From positions 4,766 through 68,765 of the forward strand of contig CAIPBT010000149.1 in NCBI GenBank assembly GCA_903863375.1: 64,000 nt of DNA, read 5' to 3'. Both the position numbers and the translations under genes were made by a program. Below, piece after piece: positions 34,718 through 45,304 of this stretch. Every line of letters begins with the position of its first letter. Position 1 is the stretch's first letter. Origin of the DNA: an uncultured Ferrovum sp. (GTDB lineage Bacteria > Pseudomonadota > Gammaproteobacteria > Burkholderiales > Ferrovaceae). The notes under the pieces were generated by a model. That model made no database searches. It worked only from the letters and a program-made list of their open reading frames with translations, and was not told where the DNA came from.

Positions 34718-35464
34718 ATGACCGCCAATCCTGCCCCTCCCGTTGCCAACCCCCCGGTGCTGCGCCTGCTGGACGTCAGCAAGCACTTCACCCTGCATCA
34801 TCGCGCAGGCGCTCACCTGCCGGTGTTCTCCGGCGTGGATCTGGAACTGCACGCCGGCGAGTGCCTAGTGCTGGATGGCCCTTCCGGAGCTGGCAAGTCA
34901 ACCCTGCTAAAACTGGTGTATGCCAGCTACCGGGCTACGGCAGGACAGATCCTGGTGCATTCGACGGCGCTCGGCCGGACAGTGGACGTGACCCGGGCCG
35001 AACCACGCGATTTGCTGACCCTGCGCCAGCAAACGGTGGGCTATGTCAGTCAGTTCCTGCGCGTGATTCCCCGGGTGGCAGCCCTGGATGTGGTGGCCGA
35101 GCCCCTTCTGGATCTGGCCGGTGACGACCCGGTGGCACGCGCTGCAGCCCTCGACCAGGCGCGGCAGTGGCTGACGCGCCTGCGTATCCCGGAGCGACTC
35201 TGGCATCTGCCGCCCGCCACCTTTTCAGGCGGAGAACAGCAGCGCATCAACATTGCCCGCAGTATGATTCGTCGCCGTCCATTGATGCTGATGGATGAGC
35301 CGACGGCATCGCTCGATGCCGCCAATGCCGCCACGGTGGTGGCCCTGATGCAGGAGGCCATGCAGGCTGGGTCCGCCCTGCTGGGCATCTTTCACGATGC
35401 CGAGGTGGCTGCTGCGGTGTCCACCCGTCGCGTGGATGTGGCGCAATTCCGGAGTGGTGCATGA
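34718..35464 (+). CDS. phnL: C-P lyase ATP-binding subunit PhnL
   Basis: LRLLDVSKHFTLHHRAGAHLPVF...GPSGAGKSTLLK...FSGGEQQR...LMDEPTASLD. An alternative TTG at 34670 overlaps the phnK stop. Confidence 0.85.
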   Translation: MTANPAPPVANPPVLRLLDVSKHFTLHHRAGAHLPVFSGVDLELHAGECLVLDGPSGAGKSTLLKLVYASYRATAGQILVHSTALGRTVDVTRAEPRDLLTLRQQTVGYVSQFLRVIPRVAALDVVAEPLLDLAGDDPVARAAALDQARQWLTRLRIPERLWHLPPATFSGGEQQRINIARSMIRRRPLMLMDEPTASLDAANAATVVALMQEAMQAGSALLGIFHDAEVAAAVSTRRVDVAQFRSGA

Positions 35465-36630
35465 GTGCAGCAATACAGTTTCACAACGGGCAACTGGTGC
35501 TCGAAGACGCCGTGGTGGCCGGCCACCTGACGGTGGTCGATGGCCGTATTGCCGATGTGCAGACGGGCACGGCAACCGGGGCCCTGGCGGGCAGGCCGGT
35601 GTGGGACCTGGAGGGCGATTATCTGCTGCCCGGCCTGATCGAAATCCACACCGACAACTTTGAACGGCATCTGATGCCGCGTCCCAAGGTGGAATGGCCG
35701 GTGTTTCCGGCCCTGCTCGCGCACGATGCCGAAGTGGTCGCCGCCGGCATCACCACGGTGTTCGATGCCCTGGGCGTTGGCGAGGCCGATCTTGACAGCC
35801 TGCGTGGCAGCCCCTGGGATCCTGTGCTCGAGGCCTTGGCCTTCTGCGATGCGCGCCAATTGCTGCGCGCCGAGCACCATCTGCATGTGCGTTGCGAGTT
35901 GCCGGCGCCGAATACCATCGCACTGTTCGCACCCTTCCGCGAGCACCACCGCCTGTCGCTGATCTCGCTGATGGACCATACGCCAGGCCAACGGCAATGG
36001 GAGGATCTCTCCCATGCCCGCACCTACTACACCGGCAAGAAGGGGTGGAGCCTGGAAAAATTCGAGCGCCAGGTGGCGCAGGCGGCAGAACTGCAGGCGC
36101 GCAATGCCGCGCCCAACCGGGCCTGGTTTGTCGATTACTGCCAGTCGCACGGAATTGCGCTGGCCAGTCACGATGACACCACGCTTGCGCATGTGGAGCA
36201 GGCGCATGCCGAGGGCGCGTGCATCTCGGAATTTCCGACTACCCGTCTCGCCGCCCAGGCCGCCCATGATCGCGGCATGCTGACGGTGATGGGGGGACCG
36301 AATGTGGTGCGCGGCGGTTCGCATTCCGGGAATGTGGCCGCGGCCGAACTGGCCAGCGCGGGCCTGCTCGATATCCTTTCCTCCGACTACGTGCCGGGCA
36401 GCCTGCTCAGTGGCCTGATGCGCCTGGTCGACGATGGTCTGCTCGACCTGCCAGCGGCCGTTGCCACAGTCACAGCGGCTCCGGCGCGGGCCACCGGCCT
36501 GCTGGACCGCGGCCGCCTCGCGCATGGGCTGCGCGCCGACCTTGTGCAGGTGCGTCTGGTGACGCTGCCAGCGGGTGGCCGCCAGGCAGTGGTTCGCGCG
36601 GTCTGGCGGGAGGGGCAGCGCGTGCTTTAG
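35461..36630 (+). CDS. phnM: Ribose-1-methylphosphonate-5-triphosphate diphosphatase PhnM
   Basis: Amidohydrolase motif [16 protein letters not shown]...[11 protein letters not shown]...ASHDD. 4-nt overlap with phnL. Confidence 0.9.
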   Translation: MSAAIQFHNGQLVLEDAVVAGHLTVVDGRIADVQTGTATGALAGRPVWDLEGDYLLPGLIEIHTDNFERHLMPRPKVEWPVFPALLAHDAEVVAAGITTVFDALGVGEADLDSLRGSPWDPVLEALAFCDARQLLRAEHHLHVRCELPAPNTIALFAPFREHHRLSLISLMDHTPGQRQWEDLSHARTYYTGKKGWSLEKFERQVAQAAELQARNAAPNRAWFVDYCQSHGIALASHDDTTLAHVEQAHAEGACISEFPTTRLAAQAAHDRGMLTVMGGPNVVRGGSHSGNVAAAELASAGLLDILSSDYVPGSLLSGLMRLVDDGLLDLPAAVATVTAAPARATGLLDRGRLAHGLRADLVQVRLVTLPAGGRQAVVRAVWREGQRVL

Positions 36631-36698
36631 GGGCAGCGCGGGCCCCTGTCAAGGAATGGTCATGTTGTCGCTCCACACTACGCGTTTATGGTGGGAGG

Positions 36699-37505
36699 GT
36701 GACGGTGGACACAGGGCAGGGGGTGCCAGACGCGATCCGGGTGCAAGCCCTGCGCAAGCAGTTCCAGCCGGGCAAGCCTGCCCTGCAGGATGTCGGGCTG
36801 AGCATCCGTCCAGGCGAGATGGTGGCGCTGCTGGGCGCTTCCGGCTCCGGCAAGTCGACCCTGCTGCGTCATCTGGCCGGTCTGGTCACGGCGGACAACA
36901 ACAGCCCGTCGATGATCGAGATCCACGGCTGCTGCCTGCAGCGTGGCGGCCGTCTGCAGCCGCAGGTGCGCCGTTTGCGCGCCGAGATCGGCTTCGTGTT
37001 CCAGCAGTTCAACCTGGTCGAGCGCCTGCCGGTGTTGACCAATGTGCTGGCGGGCGCCTTGCACCGCACGCCATCCTGGCGCGCCTGGCTGGGCCTGTTC
37101 CAGCGCGTCGAACGCGAGCGGGCGCTGCAGATGTTGGCACGCGTCGGCATGGTTGCTTGTGCGCACCAGCGCGCGTCCACGTTGTCCGGTGGGCAGCAAC
37201 AGCGCGCGGCGATCGCGCGCACCCTGCTGCAGGGCGCACGCGTGATCCTGGCTGATGAGCCGATCGCTTCCCTCGACCCGGAATCGGCAAGGAACGTGAT
37301 GGAGATCCTGGCGCGCATCAACCGCGAGGATCAGTGCACGGTGCTGGTGTCGCTGCATCAGGTCGACGTGGCTGTCCGCTATTGCGCGCGCATCGTGGCG
37401 CTGCATAAGGGGCGTGTGGTGTACGACGGGCCGGCGGCGGCACTGACACCTGCCGTGCTGCGCGACCTGTATGACGGGCCAGCGACCCTGGCCCTGCGGT
37501 CCTGA
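36699..37505 (+). CDS. phnC: Phosphonate ABC transporter ATP-binding protein
   Basis: [36 protein letters not shown] and [11 protein letters not shown]. Start is GTG at 36699 or GTG at 36705, after GGGAGGG. Confidence 0.9.
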   Translation: MTVDTGQGVPDAIRVQALRKQFQPGKPALQDVGLSIRPGEMVALLGASGSGKSTLLRHLAGLVTADNNSPSMIEIHGCCLQRGGRLQPQVRRLRAEIGFVFQQFNLVERLPVLTNVLAGALHRTPSWRAWLGLFQRVERERALQMLARVGMVACAHQRASTLSGGQQQRAAIARTLLQGARVILADEPIASLDPESARNVMEILARINREDQCTVLVSLHQVDVAVRYCARIVALHKGRVVYDGPAAALTPAVLRDLYDGPATLALRS

Positions 37506-37535
37506 TTTCCCCCTTGTTGGTTTTTGGAGTTTGTC

Positions 37536-38525
37536 GTGCCGTTCACCTTTCCTTTGCCTGCCTCACTGCGCTGGGTATTCCTGGTGGGGGTCCTGTCGCT
37601 GTCGATGGGGTTCCCGAAACAGCTGCGTGCGGCCGACGAGATCAGCTTCGGTCTGATTTCCACCGAGACCGCGCAGAACCTGAAGCAGGAATGGCAACCC
37701 CTGATCGACGACCTGAGCCGGCAGACCGGGCTCAAGGTGACTGCCTTCTTCGCCTCGGACTATGCCGGCATCATCGAGGGCATGCGCTTCAACAAGGTGC
37801 AGCTCGCCTGGCTGGGCAACAAGTCCGCCCTCGAGGCGGTCGATCGCGCCGACGGGGAAATCTTTGCCCAGATGGTGACGGCCAGCGGTACCCATGGGTA
37901 CTACTCGCATTTGCTGGTGCATCGGGACAGTCCCTACAACAATGTGGACGAGATGCTGCGCAACGCCCGATCTCTCAGCTTCGGCAATGGCGATCCCAAC
38001 TCCACGTCCGGCTTCCTGGTGCCCAATTACTACGTGTTCGCGCAACGTCATGTCGATCCGCGCACAGCCTTTCGGGTGACACGCAGTGCCGGCCACGAGG
38101 CGAACGCCCTCGCGGTAGCCAATCGCCAGATCGACGTCGCCACCTGCAACAGCGAGGTGATGGACCATCTGCAGGAGCACACGCCGGACAAATTCCGCGA
38201 ACTGAAGATTCTCTGGACATCCCCGCTGATTCCGTCCGATCCGATGGTGTGGCGCAAGGATCTGCCGGAGTCGGTGAAAGCCCGGCTGCGCAGCTTCTTC
38301 CTGAACTACGGCAAGACCGATCCCCGGGAGAAGGCGGTACTGATGAAGGTCAACAAGCTGGCCGGCTTCCGCGAGTCCAACGATCGCCAGCTGCTGCCGA
38401 TCCGCGAACTGGAACTGTTCGCCCAGCGCAGCCGGCTGGAAGCCGACGTCGCGGTGTCCGAGGCGGACCGGCGCGCCCGGCTGGCCGAGATCGACCGCAA
38501 GCTGGCGATCCTGAAGGGACAATGA
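37536..38525 (+). CDS. phnD: Phosphonate ABC transporter substrate-binding protein
   Basis: GTG lies 6 nt after GGAG. Signal peptide ...[11 protein letters not shown], then [34 protein letters not shown]. The longest ORF starts at TTG 37524. Confidence 0.85.
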   Translation: MPFTFPLPASLRWVFLVGVLSLSMGFPKQLRAADEISFGLISTETAQNLKQEWQPLIDDLSRQTGLKVTAFFASDYAGIIEGMRFNKVQLAWLGNKSALEAVDRADGEIFAQMVTASGTHGYYSHLLVHRDSPYNNVDEMLRNARSLSFGNGDPNSTSGFLVPNYYVFAQRHVDPRTAFRVTRSAGHEANALAVANRQIDVATCNSEVMDHLQEHTPDKFRELKILWTSPLIPSDPMVWRKDLPESVKARLRSFFLNYGKTDPREKAVLMKVNKLAGFRESNDRQLLPIRELELFAQRSRLEADVAVSEADRRARLAEIDRKLAILKGQ

Positions 38526-38526
38526 G

Positions 38527-39345
38527 ATGAGCACCCCGCGCACCCTGCCGGATGCTGCCGCGCCAATGATGGCGATGCCCCTGGCCGGCGACCGTTCTTC
38601 GATGATGCGGCTGCTCGCCTGGGGTATCGTGCTGGCCCTGCTGGCCGGGAGCTGGCGGGGCGCCGACATGCGGCCCCTTGACCTGTTGCGCGACAGCAGC
38701 AACATGGCCCGGTTTGCTGCCGATTTCTTTCCGCCAGACTTTTCCCACTGGCGCGAATACCTCGACGAAATGCTGGTCACCATCGAGATCGCCCTGTGGG
38801 GTACGGCGCTGGCCGTGATCACGGCGGTGCCGCTTGCCCTGTTGGCTTCAGCCAACCTGACGCCGTGGTGGGTGCATCAGCCGGTCCGGCGCCTGTTGGA
38901 CTTGTGCCGGGCGATCAATGAAATGGTGTTCGCCATGCTGTTCGTCGTCGCTGTTGGCCTCGGGCCGTTCGCAGGCGTGCTGGCGCTCTGGGTGCACACG
39001 GCGGGCGTCCTGGCGAAGCTGTTTTCCGAGGCGGTCGAGGGCATCCGGCCTGGCCCGGTAGAGGGGATTCGCGCCACCGGGGCGAGCGCCATCGACGAGA
39101 TCCTGTATGGGGTGATCCCGCAGGTACTGCCGGCCTGGGTATCGCTGGCGCTGTACCGTTTCGAGTCGAATGTGCGTTCGGCCACCGTCGTCGGCATGGT
39201 CGGGGCTGGCGGTATTGGTGTGCTGCTGTGGGAAATCATCCGGGCCTTCCAATACACCGAAACCTGTGCCGTGATCCTGATCATCGCGCTGAGTGTCAGC
39301 CTGATCGATGTGCTGTCGGCGCAGGTGCGCCGGCTGATGGTGTGA
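38527..39345 (+). CDS. phnE: Phosphonate ABC transporter permease
   Basis: [25 protein letters not shown]...[13 protein letters not shown]...GIRATGAS...LPQVLP-type motifs. Confidence 0.9.
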   Translation: MSTPRTLPDAAAPMMAMPLAGDRSSMMRLLAWGIVLALLAGSWRGADMRPLDLLRDSSNMARFAADFFPPDFSHWREYLDEMLVTIEIALWGTALAVITAVPLALLASANLTPWWVHQPVRRLLDLCRAINEMVFAMLFVVAVGLGPFAGVLALWVHTAGVLAKLFSEAVEGIRPGPVEGIRATGASAIDEILYGVIPQVLPAWVSLALYRFESNVRSATVVGMVGAGGIGVLLWEIIRAFQYTETCAVILIIALSVSLIDVLSAQVRRLMV

Positions 39346-39401
39346 GGCCGCGCGTGCTGATGGCGCGTGTCCAGAAGGTCGACAAGCCCCGCAGTGTGTC
39401 C

Positions 39402-39423
39402 GGTTCGGCTGCCCGGCCGAACC
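39402..39423. terminator. Hairpin between convergent phnE and cysE
   Basis: ggttcggc-tgcccg-gccgaacc, then aagaatattt on the plus strand. The U-tract is weak. Confidence 0.35.
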
Positions 39424-39449
39424 AAGAATATTTCACATGCTTATCTTGC

Positions 39450-40394
39450 TCACGCCACCCCGGCCTGCGACTGCGCCTGGGTGATCTGGCTGCCCGGCGG
39501 CACCGAATGCGTGAGCCACACATTGCCGCCAATCGTCGAGCCCTTGCCGATGGTGATGTACCCCAGGATGGTGGCCCCGGCGTAGATGATCACGTCATCC
39601 TCAACCTGCGGATGGCGCGGTGTGTCGCGGGCGACCAAGGAGCCATCTTCCAGGTTGAGCCGCTTGGCGCCCAGGGTGACGGCCTGATAGATGCGCACAT
39701 TGTTGCCGAGGCGCGCGGTGCCGCCGATCACCACCCCGGTACCGTGGTCGATGAAAAAGCGTTCGCCGATGGTGGCCCCGGGGTGGATATCGACACCGGT
39801 CTCGGAATGCGCGATCTCGGCGATGACACGCGCGCACAGGGGCAGTCCGGCCAGACTCAGCAAGTGCGCCAGCCGGTAATGCATGATGGCGTAGATGCCC
39901 GGGTAGCACAGCAGGATCTCGTCCACCGAGGAGGCTGCCGGGTCGCCGGCGTAAGCCGCTTCCACATCCAGATCGAGCAGTCGGCGCGTCTCTGGCAGCG
40001 CCTTGGCAAATTCGCCCACCAGCACGTCGGCCCGTTTGCCAACCGAGCTGTCCGGGGCACAGTCCTGCGCATGTGCCCGCAGGCATAGCTCCAGCTGCAC
40101 CTGCTCGCGCAGGCGTGACAGCGCATGGGCCAAGGTGTGGCCAACAAAAAAATCTTCGGTTTCTTTGCGCAGGGTGGCCGGACCCAGCCGCATGGGGAAG
40201 AGCGCGGCTGCCAGGCCGCGTACCACCTCTTTCAGCACCTCGGGCGAGGGAAACTCGCGCCCGCCGGCGTCCAGGTTGCGCCGATGGCTGGTACGCCAGC
40301 GGTCCCGCTGGGCGCGCAGTTCCGCCACGATGACATCGAGCTTCCATTCACCGGGAAGGGGAGCAGAGGGGGAGAGTTCCGGATCGTGGCGCAT
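39450..40394 (-). CDS. cysE: Serine O-acetyltransferase (long, EpsC-type)
   Basis: Hexapeptide repeats GVDIHPGATIGERFFIDHGTGVVIGGTARLGNNVRIYQAVTLG...IIYAGATILG with an N-terminal extension of about 140 aa. Confidence 0.85.
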   Translation of the reverse strand: MRHDPELSPSAPLPGEWKLDVIVAELRAQRDRWRTSHRRNLDAGGREFPSPEVLKEVVRGLAAALFPMRLGPATLRKETEDFFVGHTLAHALSRLREQVQLELCLRAHAQDCAPDSSVGKRADVLVGEFAKALPETRRLLDLDVEAAYAGDPAASSVDEILLCYPGIYAIMHYRLAHLLSLAGLPLCARVIAEIAHSETGVDIHPGATIGERFFIDHGTGVVIGGTARLGNNVRIYQAVTLGAKRLNLEDGSLVARDTPRHPQVEDDVIIYAGATILGYITIGKGSTIGGNVWLTHSVPPGSQITQAQSQAGVA

Positions 40395-40440
40395 GCGTCG
40401 CTGTGGTCGTAACTAGAGCTCGATATTGTGCGTCAGCCGA

Positions 40441-40460
40441 CATCTTGATGCCATCTTGAT
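40441..40460 (+). promoter_or_regulatory. Direct repeat, candidate KdpE operator
   Basis: CATCTTGAT-gc-CATCTTGAT has 11-bp periodicity, as expected for an OmpR/PhoB-family dimer. It lies about 80 nt upstream of the first kdp-operon SD. Confidence 0.45.
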
Positions 40461-40542
40461 CCGCCCGGCGGCATCGTGAAGGGGTTCCGGCACGGCAGAT
40501 CCTGCGTGCCGCAACACCTGATCATGCGCAAGGAGTGCTGCT

Positions 40543-40635
40543 GTGGATCTGATCTGTCTGGCCGGCGTCATCGCCTTTGGTCTTTTGTCCTGCTGGATGA
40601 CGTTCGGCTGCCGCCGCCTGCAGGAGCGGTCATGA
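40543..40635 (+). CDS. Unannotated 30-aa hydrophobic micro-ORF preceding kdpF
   Basis: AAGGAG lies 7 nt upstream of the GTG. Translation VDLICLAGVIAFGLLSCWMTFGCRRLQERS. Its TGA overlaps the kdpF ATG (ATGA). GC3 is about 80%. Confidence 0.45.
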   Translation: MDLICLAGVIAFGLLSCWMTFGCRRLQERS

Positions 40636-40721
40636 GCGCCCTGCATTTGCTGGGGGCCCTGCTGGTGCTGGGCTTGCTGGCCTATCTCGCCTGGGCCCTG
40701 TTCGACGCGGAGAACCTGTGA
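40632..40721 (+). CDS. kdpF: K+-transporting ATPase subunit F
   Basis: The 29-aa MSALHLLGALLVLGLLAYLAWALFDAENL matches the E. coli KdpF pattern (...LLGYLVYALINAEAF). The 81-aa track ORF is this gene with a spurious N-terminal extension. Confidence 0.85.
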   Translation: MSALHLLGALLVLGLLAYLAWALFDAENL

Positions 40722-42525
40722 TGAGCGCGCATGCCCTGCTGTTGCTGCTCGTGTATCTGCTGGCCTTGCTGGTGCTGGCGGTGCCGCTCGCGCCGTGGCT
40801 CGCCCGGGTGTTCGATGCTTCGGCCCCAGCGCAGGCGGCTCACCTGCCGGCCTGGGAACGGCGGGTGTTTCGCTGGTGCGGTGTCGACCCTGCCGAATCC
40901 TTCGCCTGGTGGCGCTACGCGCTCGCCATCGTGGCCTTCAACACCCTGGGCGCACTGGCGCTTTACGCGCTGCAGCGGGTGCAGGGCAGCCTGCCGCTCA
41001 ATCCGCAAGGCTTGGCCGGGGTCGCGCCCGATCTCGCCTTCAACACCGCCATCTCGTTTGTCACCAACACCGACTGGCAGGCGTATGCCGGCGAGTCGAC
41101 GCTGAGCAACCTGACCCAGATGGCGGGCCTGACCGTGCAGAATTTCCTGTCGGCGGCGACCGGACTGTCGGTGATGGTGGCGCTGATCCGTGGCTTTCAG
41201 CACAGCGAGGCGGCGGGGATCGGCAATCCCTGGGTAGACCTGTGCCGCATCACGCTGCGCATCCTGCTGCCCCTGTCGATCGTGCTGGCGTTGGTGCTGG
41301 CCGCCTGTGGGGCGGTGCAGACCTTGGCCCCCAATCTGGTGGTGCACCCGGTCGAGGCAACACGGTTTCAGGCGCCGGTGCTGGATGCCGCCGGGCAGCC
41401 GAAGGTCGATGGCAAGGGCCAACCGGTGCTCGCCGATCAGGTCACCCACGAGCAGACCCTGGTGCTCGGGCCTGTTGCCTCGCAGGAAGCGATCAAGATG
41501 CTGGGCACCAATGGTGGCGGGTTTTACAACGCCAATTCTGCCCACCCCTTCGAGAATCCGACCCCGTTTACCGACTTTCTGCAGATGCTGGCAATCTTCC
41601 TGATCCCGGCGGCATCGTGCCTGGCCTTTGGCCAGATGGTTGGCGATGCGCGCCAGGGGCGTACCCTGCTCGCCGCCATGACGGTGGTGTTCGTTGTCAT
41701 GGCGCTCTGGGCGATGCATGTTGAGGAAGGGGCACATCCGGCGCTTGCCGCCCTGGGGGTGGATACCCAGGGTGCCGGAGGGGGCCTGGCCGGCAATCTG
41801 GAGGGCAAGGAGGTGCGCTTTGGCAGCGCCGAATCGGCCCTGTTCGCCACCATCACCACGGCCGCCTCCTGCGGCGCGGTGAACGCCATGCACGACTCCT
41901 TCCTGCCGCTCGGCGGGTTGGTGCCCCTGGTGATGATGCAGCTGGGCGAGGTGATCTTTGGCGGGGTTGGGTCAGGGCTCTACGGCATGCTGGTGTTTGC
42001 CATCACGGCGGTGTTCCTGTCCGGGCTGATGATCGGGCGCACCCCTGAGTATCTGGGCAAGAAGATCACCGCCTTCGAGATGAAGATGGTGTCGCTCGCG
42101 ATCCTCGTCACGCCGATCCTGGTGCTGGTCGGCAGCGCCATCGCCGTCAGCGTCGAGGCGGGCACGGCGGGCATCGCCAACCCCGGACCGCATGGCTTCA
42201 GCGAGATCCTCTATGCCTTCACGTCGGCGGGCAACAACAACGGCAGCGCCTTTGCCGGTCTGTCGGCAAACACGCCGTTCTACAACGGCATGCTGGCCCT
42301 GGTGATGTGGTTCGGGCGCTTCGCCGTGATCGTGCCCGTGCTGGGCCTGGCAGGAGCGCTGGCGGCGCGACGACGGCATGCCACGCATGCCGGCACCCTG
42401 CCGACGCACGGTGCGCTGTTTGTGGTGTTGCTGGTGGGCACCGTGCTGTTAGTCGGGCTGCTCAACTACGTGCCAGCCCTGGCCCTGGGGCCGATCATCG
42501 AGCATCTGCAACTGGGAGGACTGCA

Positions 42526-42529
<4 letters not shown>
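40721..42529 (+). CDS. kdpA: K+-transporting ATPase subunit A
   Basis: Multi-TM protein with [20 protein letters not shown] and [11 protein letters not shown] selectivity-filter-type motifs. The ATG overlaps the kdpF stop. Confidence 0.9.
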
Positions 42530-44610
<2,081 letters not shown>

Positions 44611-44692
44611 AGCCAGTCTGCCCGCCGCCTGTCTGCCCCCTGCGCCCTGCTACGCCGCCTGAACCCTGCCCAGCCGTCCCGGAGTTGCCATC

Positions 44693-45301
44693 ATGTTGTT
44701 TCGTACCTTGCGTCCCGCCCTGTCGCTGTTGATCCTGCTTACCTTGCTGACCGGACTTGCCTATCCCTTGCTGATCACAGCCGTGGCGCAGGTGGCCTTC
44801 CCGGTTGCGGCGAACGGTTCTGCCATCGCCGACAAGACTGCTGTCACCGGTTCTGCCCTGATCGGCCAGGCCTTCGCCGAACCGGGGCATTTCTGGGGCC
44901 GCCCCTCGGCCACCACGCCGCAGCCCTACAACGGGTTGGCGTCCGGTGGCTCGAACCTCGGTCCCAACAATCCGGCCCTGCTGGACGCCATCCGGGTGCG
45001 CGCGGCCACGCTTCGCGCCGCCGATCCGGCCCAGCAGGCCCCGATTCCGGTGGATCTGGTCACGGCCTCGGCGAGCGGCCTCGATCCGGATATCTCACCG
45101 GCAGCGGCGCGCTGGCAGATCGGACGGGTGGCCCGGGTACGGCAGATATCGCCGGCGGCACTGACGGCGCTGATCGAGCAGCACATCGTGCCACGCTTCT
45201 GGGGCCTGCTCGGTGAACCTCATGTGAATGTGCTGGCGCTCAATCTCGATCTCGACCAGCGCTTCCCGGTGGCGGGCACCCCCGCACCCGCAGTACGCTG
45301 A
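44693..45301 (+). CDS. kdpC: K+-transporting ATPase subunit C
   Basis: TM anchor, then GSALIGQ...RPSAT...SGGSNLGP...ASASGLDPDISP. Confidence 0.9.
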   Translation: MLFRTLRPALSLLILLTLLTGLAYPLLITAVAQVAFPVAANGSAIADKTAVTGSALIGQAFAEPGHFWGRPSATTPQPYNGLASGGSNLGPNNPALLDAIRVRAATLRAADPAQQAPIPVDLVTASASGLDPDISPAAARWQIGRVARVRQISPAALTALIEQHIVPRFWGLLGEPHVNVLALNLDLDQRFPVAGTPAPAVR

Positions 45302-45304
45302 GGC

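Noticed and set aside
40476-40721. 81-aa ORF in the track
   Set aside because: Only the last 29 codons (from ATG 40632, with CAGGAG SD) match KdpF. The upstream 52 codons have low GC3 and a Cys/Arg-rich nonsense-like sequence.
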